Below, one piece after another: positions 24,373-38,728 of a stretch of 64,000 nucleotides of DNA. Position numbers and translations under genes: made by a program. The notes under the pieces were generated by a model, which worked only from the letters and a program-made list of their open reading frames with translations, was not told the origin of the DNA and ran no database searches. The DNA comes from Octopus vulgaris (lineage: Eukaryota). The number at the start of each line of letters is the position of its first letter. The stretch's first letter is position 1. The stretch is from the NCBI GenBank assembly GCA_951406725.2, contig OX597815.1, positions 131,564,001-131,628,000 on the forward strand, read 5' to 3'.

Positions 24373-25937
24373 CTTTGACCAACTATTTTTGTGAGTATGT
24401 TCTGATGATGTTGTCATATAATCGTGAAAGTTTTCCCTTTAGCCGTGCACTTAAATATTAGCTATACTCTATAGCTGAGTTCTTTATATATTAGATTAGG
24501 TCAATTAATGGATGTTACACTCTCTTGTTTTCAGTTTCAAACCTACTGCTATTAAGTACGTATGACCGCACTTTATCCATATTTAACACGCAGAACTCTC
24601 GCCTAGGGTATTCTTTGCATAGAAAATAAGCTTTTGCGTTGAAAACTAACCTCATTACATTCCATTTACTTTTCACAATAATAGAATTTTGTTTTGAAAT
24701 TTGCATACAATGTATTTCACTAATGTTTTGTAATACGTCGGAAATATGTCCTTCACTTTTAGAAGTTAGGGTAAAAGCAAACTACACAACTGTACTGCAT
24801 TTTCCAGAATTCAAGGAAAGTATTTGTATTGGAGTCATCATATTTGCATGCTGTTTTTAGATTTGAAGCCAACTTACAGGGAAATTTTGACTATTATTCC
24901 ACTCGATAATCTCTGGCTGAATATTTTCTCTTCACTATATTAGATATGTAAAACCCTATCATATTTGTATGATTCATGGGATTTAGCTTCCCTTAAAACA
25001 GAATATTTAAGTGTTATTTATAGCTAGATATTTTTATATCTTTATGTCTTAAGTAGTTAGAGAGGATAAAATAAAGGTTTAAAAGTAAGATGCGCTTTGC
25101 AGAAACATTAAGAATGTTACTACGAGAATTATAATCACCAGTTCAGTTCCATTGCGTGATAGATAATGTGGTTTTAATTAAATTACTAAGCTGATAATAA
25201 AAAATATTATTTATGAGGAAATGGCATATGGATTGAAAATATGGTATAATGTATACGTGTAAAAGGCAATAAAAATTATCATTAAATTAACCGATAAAAA
25301 CGGCTATTAAAACCATAACAGATCGCTACTATAACATCGACATTAACGACTTTTCATATATCACCATTAAATATTTCACATGAGATTATCAGCAGGAAAT
25401 TCTTATTAAGTTCGGATAAAGAGGATTTTATGATATCTGTTTTGTTACTCCTGATATTAGTGTTTGTCACGGAAATAGAAGTTATGTTTACGAGTATAAT
25501 TCGAGGGAAATAAAGCATAATCGAATCAGTATTCAGTCAGATTATTACTAAAATATTCCTTGACGCGTATTAACGATTTTGTGACATAGGTAGGATATCA
25601 AATAAGTTTTCATCAGTGAGTTACTATTTCGTAATTTGGTTTTATTAACTTTAATAATATACTCAGAATAGTAATTAAAATAGATATTAAATTTTATATT
25701 ATTGCAAATACTTAGGCCGTCTTAATATAATTTCTTAATTGTGGCATAACTGATCATACTCTATATCGATTCAAACATTTCCGTATAGTTTGTACATATT
25801 AATGTTATTGGCGACTAAGAGAAACGCAGAAGCATAACGTAATGATTTATATGTCACATACATAGATTTATACATACATACAGTTATGTCGTACGTTCGG
25901 ATGACTTCTACTCAACTCCTCTCTCTTCTACTACTCG

Positions 25938-27710
25938 GCTTCTTTATTAGCCACAAGGGCCCAAACATAGAGGGGGAAAACAAGGACAGAAAGGACACCA
26001 CAGAGGGGACAATACATAGAACGAATATGATGAAATGATTATACAATAATGGGGTTGTGAATGACTGCAAGCGCCCCTCATCACATGCATTACCATTAAT
26101 CTTTTTAAACCGTCCGTTATTATCATATATTTAACTAACAATTAATTATCGTCTATCATTACAATTATTTGAACCGTTATATGTTCTCTAAAAATGTTCT
26201 TCCATTTTCCGATATTGTTAAACAAAACATAAAACACTTTTTCTTTTTCCTTTTTTTCTCCTTTTTCCTTTTTTTCTCCTTTTTCGTTTTTCTTTTCTTT
26301 TTCCTGTCGCTATGACATACTTATCTACTTTTTAGTAATATTTCATTAGTGGTTCGATTTCTACTAAATCGACTACTGTTGGCAATTCTTTGAATTCCAC
26401 CGTTATCCCTGATAGGTCGATGTTATCTCCACACTTTTCTTGTAGTATTTTATAACTTTCCTCTTCAATTACTATCGCCTTCATGTCCTCTGCATATATG
26501 TATGCTGGTAGCTTTACTCTTACTATTTGGTTGGACTTGAGTATTTTCTTCTCTGTTTCAATATTCTTCGGATAGGTTACGTAATACCATACACCGTTTC
26601 CTTTAACTTTCTTTCCTTTATTTTGGCTTTTCTATTCTCTCTTTTCCTCATCTACTCTAAACAGTCTCTTTAATTCTTCTTCGGCCTGCTAACTTTCCGA
26701 ATCCTTTTCTACCAAGGCAACTGGTATTTTTTACTTGTAGCTCCACTTTCTTTTTACTTTCTTTCTCTGTCACCCTTTTGTCCTCCTTCCTGCTGATCTC
26801 CTTCACGGTTTCTTTTCTCATATCTTCTCTCTTCTTTTTCTGTTTCTCTGGCGGAGAACCATTCCCTCCGCTCCTCCTCTATTTTTTAACAACAGTCATA
26901 TCATCAACTGTTTCCTTTGTCTCGACCTGTTCTACCTGGTCTCCTCTCTCTTGTCTTTCTACCTGTTCTGCTTGTTGCTTTTTCTAGGTGCACCATGCCT
27001 TTATGTGGCCCTTTTCACCACATCCAAAACATACAGGCGGCCTGCCCTCTACCATCAAACTCAATACAGCACTATCTCTTCCGCAATCCTATTTAAGTCG
27101 TCCACTGTTGCTTTTTGCTGCAGTACGACAGCAAAAGAATCCACTCTTCCGATCTTATTGCCTCTGTTGCGTGTTTGATTGCTTCTTCTTCAGACGTGAA
27201 GCGCACATCCACGGTGGCATACTTCCTTCCTCTTGTTCTAAAAGTTGTCAACTTTTTACTATTTTCCAATACTCCTATCTCCTCCACCGTCGCAATTTCT
27301 ATTTTTCTTGTCGCAATTTTCATAGTTTTATACGTGACTGTTCGCTTCATTATGTTGTTTGCCAGCTTTGCAGGTGGCGTCAAACTTTAACGTCTCGCCT
27401 TCTTTCTCCAGCAACTTTTCGCATGCTTTCATTTTTCTAGGTTCGACCTTGATTTCGAATGTCTCCAATGTTTTATCTTCAACTCCTTTCCCAGTTGCGG
27501 CCTTATAACTGTGGCTGTCCGCTGGCGCTTTTTCCATTTTCCTCATTGGGAAAAATTACCACAACAACAAATATTTAACAATATCAAAAACAGCAATAAC
27601 GAACAATTATTCAACGCTGCACTCACAAAAAAAAACATTCCGTCTTGGACAACTTCAAAGACAACACCTGCTACTCTGCTCTTCTCTCGACGTCTAGACT
27701 TCTCCCTCTA
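25938..27710 (-). mobile_element. Decayed LINE ORF1-like (gag-like CCHC knuckle) element ending in a 3' tail, with no ORF2 seen
   Basis: GRKYATVDVRFTSEEEA segment, VEGRPPVCFGCGEKGHIKAWC (CX2CX4HX4C, 26990-27031), K/E-rich region, then tail ...gcccttgtggctaataaagaag. Confidence 0.7.
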
Positions 27711-27899
27711 TATCTACGTATTGGGCTAGTCTACTTCATCGTCTGCGGGCGTCCACACAACACATACATAGAAACAGCTAACACACGTACTTATCTGCAT
27801 TTTAGGCGTGAGATCGACATCCTAAGTCATGCAACCACACATATATAAGCATGTACACGCACAAACAGGCACATACACACAAATACATATTCACATTAC

Positions 27900-27944
<45 letters not shown>

Positions 27945-27949
27945 GCATG

Positions 27950-27986
<37 letters not shown>

Positions 27987-28064
27987 ATACAGAGAGATAG
28001 ATTGATAGTTATATAGATGGATATATAAATATATAAACAGATAGACAGATAGATAGATAGATAA

Positions 28065-28098
<34 letters not shown>

Positions 28099-28989
28099 TG
28101 TCAGATAGATAGATAGATAGATAGATAGATAAATAGATATACATATTTTCGGCCATGTATCAATAAGCGTGCTTTTCTCTGAACTATCTACTCCTTTCTC
28201 CTTTTCCTCCGCTCTGAACCTTTTCCTCCTTCCGACGAGGATCCATGCTTGAAACGTTATTTTCAGTCTGATATATTCATTATACGTCTAATTCACTTCT
28301 GTTATTTTTTCTTGTTTTGTATTTATTTTTGATTTGCCTATATATATAAACATATACTCACCAGCACATATGCACACATACACATCGTTAACTTGTTTGA
28401 CCACCAAATATACTACTTGCAGATATTTACAAAGCTGATGTGTATGGCAAAGCCGTTTCAAATGGTGTCATCGATATAGAAACTCTGCTAGGACGCTAGA
28501 AAACGGAAGCTTGCATATATGGACTTACATAAAAGTCAACAAAATATAGCAGTACATGTTAGATAACGTCGTACTTAATCTTTACGTATCGTTCCGGATT
28601 TTTATCACAATGGTTGCAACTTAGCAAGTTAGATTCATAAGAAAAACAACGATCTCAGGACGAACATGGTACATGTAATATGGCGTCATTAACTCGACGC
28701 TTCATTGAAATGAGAAAAACAGCAATATCGTTTTCAAACAAATCACAGAAAATAATTTACAAAGATGCGTCCGTAAAGCATTTCTGCAAATTAGAAAAAC
28801 CGCGATAATCACTGTTGTAACTTTATGGTCTTTGATAAATAAATATTTTGAAATTACGTCATTTTTTGTTTAAATCATGAGCTGAACGCTGAAAGTATTG
28901 TTTCATTCTATTCCCCAACAAACACACACACAGATAGATGAATGGAAGGATGGATAAATAGATATGTGTGTGTGCATACATACACATAC

Positions 28990-29029
<40 letters not shown>

Positions 29030-29032
29030 CAT

Positions 29033-29107
<75 letters not shown>

Positions 29108-29404
29108 CTTTATGTGTTTCAGCCAAGTGGCTGCGGTCGTGATGGAGCACCACCTTGATTTTCCCTCCTTATGCTGTGTTCTCTGCACATTCCTTGCATA
29201 GCTCTTCTCCGCCACCTGATGTAGTCCAATCAAGATTTTTGATGGCACATATATATAATATGTGACAATTAGTTGGTTGTCACAATAAAACTCGTAGTTT
29301 CGGATGCTGGGGCATTACATTCATCATGCAATATCACATCTTCACAATATCGACTAGGCCATCCGATGCTGTTAGACACCGCTAGTCACAATGTGTTTCC
29401 AATG

Positions 29405-29510
29405 CTGTCTTGATTGTACCAACCTTCTCCATCTTGACTAAATCATCTTCCAATCGCCCTGAAGGCTTTCCAAGTGTCCTTTTCCGATCTCTTGGATACC
29501 ATTGTGAAAC
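29405..29510 (-). pseudogene. RTE-clade LINE C-terminal fragment
   Basis: QWYPRDRKRTLGKPSGRLEDDL (WxPxxxKRxxGRPxxRWxDD-like). Confidence 0.55.
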
Positions 29511-32500
29511 TTGCGGCATGACCAGCTCAGCGGAACTTTTGCTTTCACTCTGCTTCGTTCTCGAATTATCTTATATAATACGTTGGGTTAAAAAAGAAAA
29601 ATCTCACGGATAGTAAAAGAATCTCAAGAAAGCTGGCAATGGAACCCGCATCTTTTGTACTCGTATCAAACGTGCTTACTATCACACTAAAATAACCTCC
29701 AATATTTCATCAATCAAGTTAGGATCTTAATTTTTACTAGCAAGAAATTAAGTCGGCTTACATCGCGAAAATATAGATACCACTATCCAAACTATCACTG
29801 GATCCATCATACACTGATGAATTTATTCGAAAGTAAAATAGCGTCCATAGAAGCAGAAATGAATCTCTCACAAACTCATTCATTTTCTCTGATGTGGAAT
29901 ATTCTACATTTCCATGCATGTGGAAATACTAGAGACGAAGAAACTTCTAGAAACGAAGAAACTTTTGATTAAATTATTTTTTAATTGTGATAAAAAAAAA
30001 AATAATTTGAACAAAATACAGTTTAGTAATCAGGTAATATATTTTCATATAGCCTTTGGGAAATAACACGGATAATATCTATATTTGATGGACTGAGATA
30101 TATAGAATATATGGCTTCACAGTGCAATATGATAGCTTCAAGATGATAATTAAAAAGATATCAACACGTTAGGATGTCTATTGTAAAATAGATCAGATGT
30201 TGATTACGTCTAAACGATCGTACCTCATTAGGATTCTGTCTGGTGACGTAATAAAAATAACCGAACAGCAGTTTCAATCATCTGGAGTTGTAATTATTTT
30301 GTGGTTAATCTTTTGTTATGGAAACAAGGGAGAAAAACCAGACTAGAAAAAATAACTACCTCCGTTCAAAACTTCGTGATTGTAATTAATAGAATAATTT
30401 GAGGAGAGCAAAATATCACTCCATCTTCATTTGTCTCAATGCACACAGCTGTAAAATGAGATAATGAATTGCTGTTTCTAGCCCTAGGTAGGACAGATTT
30501 ATAGATAAAAAAATAGTTAAAACTATTTCCATCGTTTTAGTGTTACAAAGTATTACAGTGTCAAAATTGTAATTTCTCAATTGTAGACAAAAGTTATGAT
30601 TTGGGGGATATTAAGTGTTATTTTGAAAAGTTTAGAGGCCTCGTACAGACGCTTTTGTTGGTCGATTTGTAAAATTATTTTTTACATTTAAAAAAAATAC
30701 TGACTTAAGGAGCAGTGATATTATAGATAATAAATTCTGTTCACTTAATCATCTGGAATAGAAGAGACAGTTGTAGAGTAGACGTGGGGTTTTCACCCAT
30801 ATTTTACATATGGATCTCTTTCATTCCTGTTCTAAACAAATGGACCCCCATAGCCATTCAATCATTAAAAAATCGTATTATATTTTTATAATTAAATACT
30901 ATTAGGAAGTGTATAAAAAATAGCTAAAATACTTTGTGGATTGTATTAATATAACCAATGAATGGCAGCAGATATATTTCAATTATAAAATCTTATGATT
31001 GAGAACAACTGAAATAGACCATATAATTCATTTACGAATGTTCTAGAACGGATCTAATAAAATAATTTAATCAAATCAAATAAATTTATGAGATAGTGGT
31101 GGTGGTGAGTGTGGATGAGGTAATTCATCTTTATAACATTTATTCTATTACACTCGATCATGAATGTATATCGTTAGATATTCTGTTGGCCGACATTTGT
31201 TAATTACAAACCAAAACTTTTGTTTCAGAGAAGCCGAGTATGCTATGGACATAACCTCTTCTTTCTGAGCAAACCAATAAAAAGAGAAATAAATATGAAC
31301 AACTTGATCTTACATACATTAGCTGCGAAATTAAATATTTAAATCGTATCAACAAGGAAACTTTATCTTAAATAACTAATCCGTTGGAGCGTATGCACTG
31401 ACATTTCATTGCTAAACGCGTAAAACATCATATAAGTCCACCTACAATGACTTCATTATACCGTTTGAGATAATGGTTTGTGCTGAACATAAAATATCAA
31501 AGAGCTGATATTCAAAGTATACAGTTTTTTTTTAGTCTGTAAGAAGAAAAAATCTTGACGCACGCAAACAAAATGCAACATCGGTTGTATGATATTTTGA
31601 ACAGCTCGAATTTATTCTCGTGGTAGTTTCACTATTTATATTTCACTAACATAAGAAAGAAATATTGCATGATGGTAATTTGTTGAACTAATGTGAATGG
31701 AGAGGTTGTATATAATGTTACATCAGAAAATTTACATTGAAACAGAATCTCTCAAGTTAATTCACTTCTCTAACTGCAAAATTTTCTCTCCGATCAAAGA
31801 GATTCTGTACTTAGAAGCACAGCTTGGGTCGAAGCTTGTGGTTGTTACACATACTGTGAACTGGAATAGGTGTAAGGCATTCAGTAGGTAAAAGAATAAG
31901 GAAATAAATTTGCAACGTAATATAGAAAGAGAATCTAAGAAATTCTTACTTGGCATTCCATAAATATATTATCATTATTAACAATTTTACGTGGTGAAAG
32001 ATAAATGGAAACCGAATATTATAATTACTGTTTTATCATAAATAATTCATTGAAATAAAACTGACGTTGCATCGGGATTTCAGAAAGGAATTCTATGAAT
32101 TTCTTTTGCATGTGTTCTTATATTTTCCTGGAATCTACAATCTTCTAACCATAATAATATTTAGTTTTGGTTTACTTCAAAATTTACGTTTATGAACACC
32201 CTTTAGTATATATAAGTATATATAAAAAGAAAATTCTGCCGAAATTGTAAGAAACTAAATATACAGTAGCGTTCTAAAAATAGTCGTCATCACACAGATA
32301 AAATACGTATCAGCTTTCATCTTCGATGAATGAAAATTGAACACATTTGGTTTTTTTTAATTTTTAACAAACGTAACGACTAAAAAATTAGATGAAGCTA
32401 ATGTGTGAGAAGGTGAAATGAAGAAGGAATATAAACGAAAAAAAAAAGAATAATCAGAAAAATAAGTGAAAGATGTGAGACACATAAAAGATGACACTAT

Positions 32501-32771
32501 GGTACGCAGTGCTATTGTAAGCAGCACCTCAACTACGGTGGCTAAAATAAGTTTAAAAAAAAGACAATGCTTATTGAACGTAGATCGAATTAAATAAGAA
32601 ATTTACGCTAGCGCTGACATACCTTTGTGGTTAAGGAAATGATTGGCAACAGCATGGCTTAGAGTTTAGTACCACTGGGAGGAACACTATAGCCGAGGGT
32701 CGAACAATGCTTGTGAGGGAATTTGGTAAACGAAAGCTGTAACTAAGTCCGTTCAATATATACATACACTC

Positions 32772-32849
<78 letters not shown>

Positions 32850-32934
32850 ATAAATATATATATACACACACACAAACAAACACACATACATACGTATATA
32901 TAAGTATCCTTTTTGAGACTTACGGACTCATACG

Positions 32935-33125
32935 GGTCGGTTTCCATGTTGCATATATAGAACGAAGCGTCGCAGGATGGCTCAACTTTGCCAGATGAGT
33001 GAACTGGAGCAACGTGAATGGAAGTGCTTAGCTCAAGAGCACAACGTGGCGCCCGGTCCAGGAATTGAAACCAAAATCTTACGATCAGCATTCCAACACC
33101 CAAACCACTAGGCCACAAGCCTCCA
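32935..33125 (-). mobile_element. tRNA-derived SINE, family C
   Basis: tggcctagtggt A-box, ggtttcaattcc B-box, cgttgtgctcttgagctaagcacttc; related to 39378-39660 and 53385-53672. Confidence 0.7.
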
Positions 33126-33594
33126 ATGCATGTGTGTGTGTACGTATATATGTGTGTATGCGTGTGTTAGTGTGTGTGTGTGAGTATGTGTGCGTATTTA
33201 TGTGTCTTTGTCTCATTGTTTATCGACTCTCGCCACATTGAATCGGTGTTGGTTTGTTGACATCCCTATTAGTTAGCGGGTCAGCAAACGACAATAATTG
33301 TCAGGTTTAAAAGATATTTATAAGTACTCGCATTCGAGTATGTTCGACTACACTCTTCAAGGCAATGCGCCAGCATGACCGCAATTATAACAAATAAATG
33401 ATAAAAGATTAGATAGAGCATCAATCTTACTCCAATAACGAACGGAGCATATGAGTGAACATTTTCATTGAATTTGAACAATCATATATTATTCTTACCT
33501 GGCACCCTCATCTCCTAAATCAGAGGTGCCACTTTGTGACAAACGGTGTGACTTCTGCATTCAAAACACCCAGTGTAACCGATTTTTTCCAGGA

Positions 33595-33631
<37 letters not shown>

Positions 33632-34486
33632 GAATCCAGTTTATTTACCGACTCAAAAAGAATATCATATATGCTTAGGACTCACGCTTTTTTTCAGATG
33701 TGGCAACAACGAGCGTCTCCCGTGTCATGTTTTCAGACTATGACACACGTCTTCATTTCTTCATAAAACTTTTAACGCATTCTCTTCCCTTTTTCTGAAC
33801 GGCCATCAACACATAATAGAGATAACTGTGATATCAAAAAAAAAAAATGCTTGAACCTTTTTGTTTGGCTCTTGCAAAAGGCAGACACCACTCTCTTTAT
33901 GTATCCATAAAGTAGAATCACTTCACATCACTGAACACAAAGTGAGTCGCAGGAGTTACATTAGAGTTTTCTTTCTCTTAACAATGTCTACAAACACCAG
34001 GAGTCTCTCACTCGCAGCTGTTGTACGGCTGCTGACTCTACTTGAGTTCATACGCTTTTAGACAGTTATTTTTTCGTCCTGTGGATTGTCCAACGTAAAC
34101 TTCTCTCCGTAACCAAGCAGGATGGTTTCGGTTTACGGGATTAGTTACCGACGGTCCGGCAATCCGACAGGCTGTACACATATACATATATACTTGCACA
34201 TTTGCCAACCATTCTTATTTACCCCGAATCACACGAACGATTTTTTATCCACACGCGGTCGATTTCCTGTTCACCATGCCGTATTTTCCAGCTAATTGTC
34301 GCTGAAATACCGATATCAAACCGCTATGCCGCGTAACTTTTCCCGACCAATCGCAGTAATAAACACTGACTCATTTCAATCGAATTCTCGTTTAGACCTC
34401 AAGGATTTTGGTCAAACCGTTTTGATCTACACATGTCACTCTCAATAAATGTTTTGAATGCCCTTCTTTCGTTTGTCTACTCATTC

Positions 34487-34544
<58 letters not shown>

Positions 34545-34549
<5 letters not shown>

Positions 34550-34690
34550 GGTTGAGGGGCAAATCAATGTAATCGTCCCCAGAGCATAAATGGTATTTAT
34601 TTGATTGCCTCCGAAAGGATAAAAGACAAAGTAGATCCCGGCTGAATTTGAACTCCGGCGCAGTTACAATTCTGCCCGCTCGCTGCCTTA
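34545..34690 (-). mobile_element. Degenerate SINE family B
   Basis: Reverse complement ggcagcgagcgggcagaattg...gagttcaaattcagccggg...tttatcctttcggagg. Confidence 0.6.
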
Positions 34691-35504
34691 AATAGGACTA
34701 CATAACATCACGCTATCATATAGCCATTATCAGTATAAGTTATGAGTATTTCAACGGCAAAAATTCAATGAATTGCAATACACATTGTACAAAGATATAT
34801 CTCAATATTTTTTCCGAAATTGTTTCATCCAATAAAATTCTTATCAAGCTATTTTCCTGCAATTAAAATTTATGAAGAACCGGCCTACTTGTCATGTGAA
34901 TCAATGTTTATATTTGTTTTTATCTTCTGTATTTGTAATCGTTTGAATGATCAGGAAATATTTTTCGCTCACATCACAACAAATTTAGATATGAAAATAA
35001 ATAAACAAATCTATTATTGTGTACATTTACATTTAGTTATTTATAATTCACAATCCGCTGATATGTTTTCCTATTGTCTTTTATGAGATATGTACTCGAT
35101 TGAAAATTCGTTTATACTCGTAGTCTGTTGTTTCAAATATCGAATAAATAAAAAAAAAACACATGTACATTAATGTGTGTGTATTGCATGATATAAAAAT
35201 CAGTATTTACAACTCCAGGTTTATTCCATCATATCCAAAAAAGAGAAAACTGCGCGAAGGACTCATTTTATAGTCTGAGATTCTTTTCATTAGTCTCTAT
35301 AGACCTGTCCCCACTTCAAAAAGTTTCAGTTAATGGTATCGCTTGATTTTTTAACATCTCTATTATGAGACGCATGAAAAAACACCCCAAAGTCAAAGGA
35401 AATTCTATAATAATATGATAGCAAATGTCAGTGTGTGTGCTAATTCTTTGACCGTTGTTATTATATCTTTAATTGTGCAAAGGAGTATAGGTCAGAGCAA
35501 GACT

Positions 35505-36002
35505 GAAATGCTACATCCATGCTTCTTTAAGGAAATAATCGATCATCTCGAAAGAGTCCAGAAGCTGGCTACCCGCATGGTTCTTGGTCTCAAGCATTTG
35601 TCTTATGAAGAAAGGCTGATGACGCTCGACCTTTATTCTCTTGAAAAACAACGACGCCGTGGTGATCTCATTCTCGCTCACAACATCATAAGCGGAAAGT
35701 GTAACCTCTCGAAAGAGCTGTTCTTCACTCCTGCTCCAGAGCGTGGGCTGCGGGGTCACTCCGAAATGCTCTATCTACGACGATTTCATCTCAGTCGGAG
35801 AGGGGCTTTCCCTGTCCGGGTTGCGGATCCGTGGAACAAGCTGCCAGACGAGATAGTGAAGATGCCGACGACCGATCGGTTCAAAGTATGTCTTGACCAG
35901 AAATGGCCTGAACTCTTTGTATGACATAACTGCCTGTCCCCCTACATGGCCTTGCTTTTGCTTTTTGAGCCAATAAAAATTGAATTGAATTGAATTGAAT
36001 TG
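35505..36002 (+). mobile_element. 3' end of a CR1-clade LINE with (TTGAA)n tail
   Basis: LERVQKLATRMV..LSYEERL..LDLYSLEKQRRRGDLI..RGHS..RVADPWNKLP..FKVCLD*; short UTR; aattgaattgaattgaattg. Confidence 0.9.
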
Positions 36003-36613
36003 GAATTGCCGAAAACCGAGTTGCAACCGTCATGTGTGTATGTAGTCACATACACAGTTATGCATATACAACTCTCATTCCTTCTGAATATCCGTGGATT
36101 CTGTTCCAATACAGATTCCATACTTACCCTCTTTCTAAGACGCAAATCACTTTTCATATTCTTCTTCACATTTCATATGCAACTCTTCTTATCCATGGTC
36201 TGACTCCGCTCCTCTCGCTACATCGTTTTGCTCATAGCTACGCCAGAAAGATATATTTCATGTCTTGAGTGTGTACTTGGTACTTTACCTACCATTTAAG
36301 CCTCCCAGTTGTATATACAAAAGACATTTTTGCAGTTACTCAGGGCTCAAATTCCCCTCCCCTAATTCTCTAAATGTTTTTATTTTCTATTTTGCTCACC
36401 ACTTCCCCTTACCACTCTGAAAATCCTTCCCGGCACCCGCAACACTTCAGTCACATTCCTCGTTGCTTCTGAATTAACTCATCCTTTTTGGCGATTTTAG
36501 TACCCTTACGCCTTCTCGCAATCATATCATGCTGATTTTAAATCCAAATCGAATTTTCATCAGCCGAACCTCACTTTCCTTTATTGATGAGAAAAATACA
36601 TATGTTACAGATA

Positions 36614-37017
36614 GGCGCAGGAGTGGCTGTGTGGTAAGTAGCTTGCTAACCAACCACATGGTTCCGGGTTCAGTCCCGCTGCGTGGCATCTTGGGAAAGT
36701 GTCTTCTGCTATAGCCCTGGGCCGACCAATGCCTTGTGAGCGTATTTGGTAGACGGAAACTGAAAGAAGCCTGTCGTATATATATATATGTATGTGTGTA
36801 TGTGTTTGCGTGTCTCTGTTTGTTCCCCTAGCATTGCTTGACAACCGATGCTGGTGTGTTTACGTCCCCGTCACTTAGCGGTTCGGCATAAGAGACCGAT
36901 AGTATAAGTACTGGTCTTACAAAGAATAAGTCCCGGGGTCGATTTGCTCGACTAAAGGTGGTGCTCCAGCATGGCCGCAGTCAAATGACTGAAACAAGTA
37001 AAAGAGTAAAAGAGTAA
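36614..37017 (+). mobile_element. SINE family A, best-preserved copy
   Basis: ggcgcaggagtggctgtgtggtaag...gggttcagtccc...gaaacaagtaaaagagtaaaagag. Confidence 0.9.
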
Positions 37018-38690
37018 AGTGTATACAAAGACACTAAACAGTCTAACTGTCTGTCTGTTCGAGGCGATGTGTTTCCACTCTGTTGTATGTTTGTGAGACA
37101 TAAACCAGGTATAGCCGACACTTTAAGACTCCAGAAATCCTTAACTTCCAGTAATCACTTAATATCCTTTCATCACCTGATGAAATAGAGTCACATAGAA
37201 ATATCTAACGTTGAACTAACAATTGTATCATTGAATACACACGAAAGCAACATCAATTCACACATGTGAACGCATGCGACACATGCCGCACCCGCAAGAT
37301 CTATTTTAACCAACGTTCGCTTGTTTCATTGGAAAACTAAAGAATCGGTTCAGATCAAGTTGAGGACCAACTTACAGAAGGGGAACAGCAACATTTGAAG
37401 AGTTGAAGATATTGCTACCCATTGCCCAATTTAATATTCTTACTCTTTGAAAGGTAGTGGTACCGAGGAAAGATATCAAGTGGTACCAAGGGAGGTGAGT
37501 AAGTCTCATAAACACAGAGACATATCTGTCATCACCAACCAAATCGTCTGAAAACAAAACTGTATACCAATAATTAATATTCTCTGCCATTAGTGAATCA
37601 AAAGATTCACAAATGAAGAAGGAACAGTCACCAACAGATATAAGCATAAGTAAGCCTGGGTGTGTGTGTGTTGTGTTTCTGCTTATGTGTGCATATGTGC
37701 ATGTTTGTTTTTCGCGTGTGTGGAAGTGTAGATAAATAGCAAACAATCTAGTTTTGTAGACAGCTAGATATCTAGAAAGTAAGAGAGATATATAGAACAA
37801 TTTATTTCATCGTTAACGTAGTTTACTTATTGAAAATCGACTTTTCTTATTATTCATTGCGTAGGGAATTTTATTTGTTCAAAGACAAAGCATTTTAAAT
37901 TGTTATTTTTAAATACTTTTTCTAACGAAGAAATGTTTCATTTTTTTTTGTAGATTTTATATGAAAACACTATATCTAAGGAATCAATTATAATTCATGA
38001 CAGATTTCAATATTAATGCATTCCGTTTCATAGCAAAGTAGGCGTTAATAACAATATAGATTGATTATTTGATCAAACAGTAAACTTTTTTACTGTTGAG
38101 CCTTTGTCTTTAATTATATTCGCTTCTGCTTGTTTCTGAAACAGCGAAATAGCAAAGCCATATATGTGTGAAAGGGAAAAACATTCAAATCAGAACGGTA
38201 TGCTTTAGAAAGAAATGAAGGTTAGTGTGTGTGTTTGTATGTATGTATGTATGTATGTATGTATGTATGTATGTATGTATGTATGTATGTATGTATGTAT
38301 GTATGTATGTATGTGTGTATGTATGTATGCATGCATGCATGTATGTATGTATGAATGTATGTATGTATGTATGTATGTATGTATGAATGTATGTATGTAT
38401 GTATGTATGTATGTATGTATGTATGCCTGCTTGCATGCATGAATACATGTATGTGTGTATGTATGCATGGCTGTTTGTACATAAGCATGTCTCTGTGTAT
38501 GAATGTATGTGTATGTCTCTGTGTGCGTTGTGCGTATGTATGTATGCATGCATGCATGCAAATATGTTACCCTAGTTTATTCCAAATATTTCTTACCTAC
38601 CGTTTTGCAGCCTAAAAACAAATTTTTCATTAGAAATTAAACAACCACAAATAGGGCAGGCTTCTGTGTGTGTGTGTGTATATGTCTATC

Positions 38691-38728
<38 letters not shown>

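Noticed and set aside
29815-29845. CTGATGA...GAAA hammerhead candidate
   Set aside because: No credible stem I, II or III
33900-34460. Possible piggyBac transposase remnant on the minus strand (GKYGM, ES..IGR)
   Set aside because: Motifs too short and degenerate to support without a profile search
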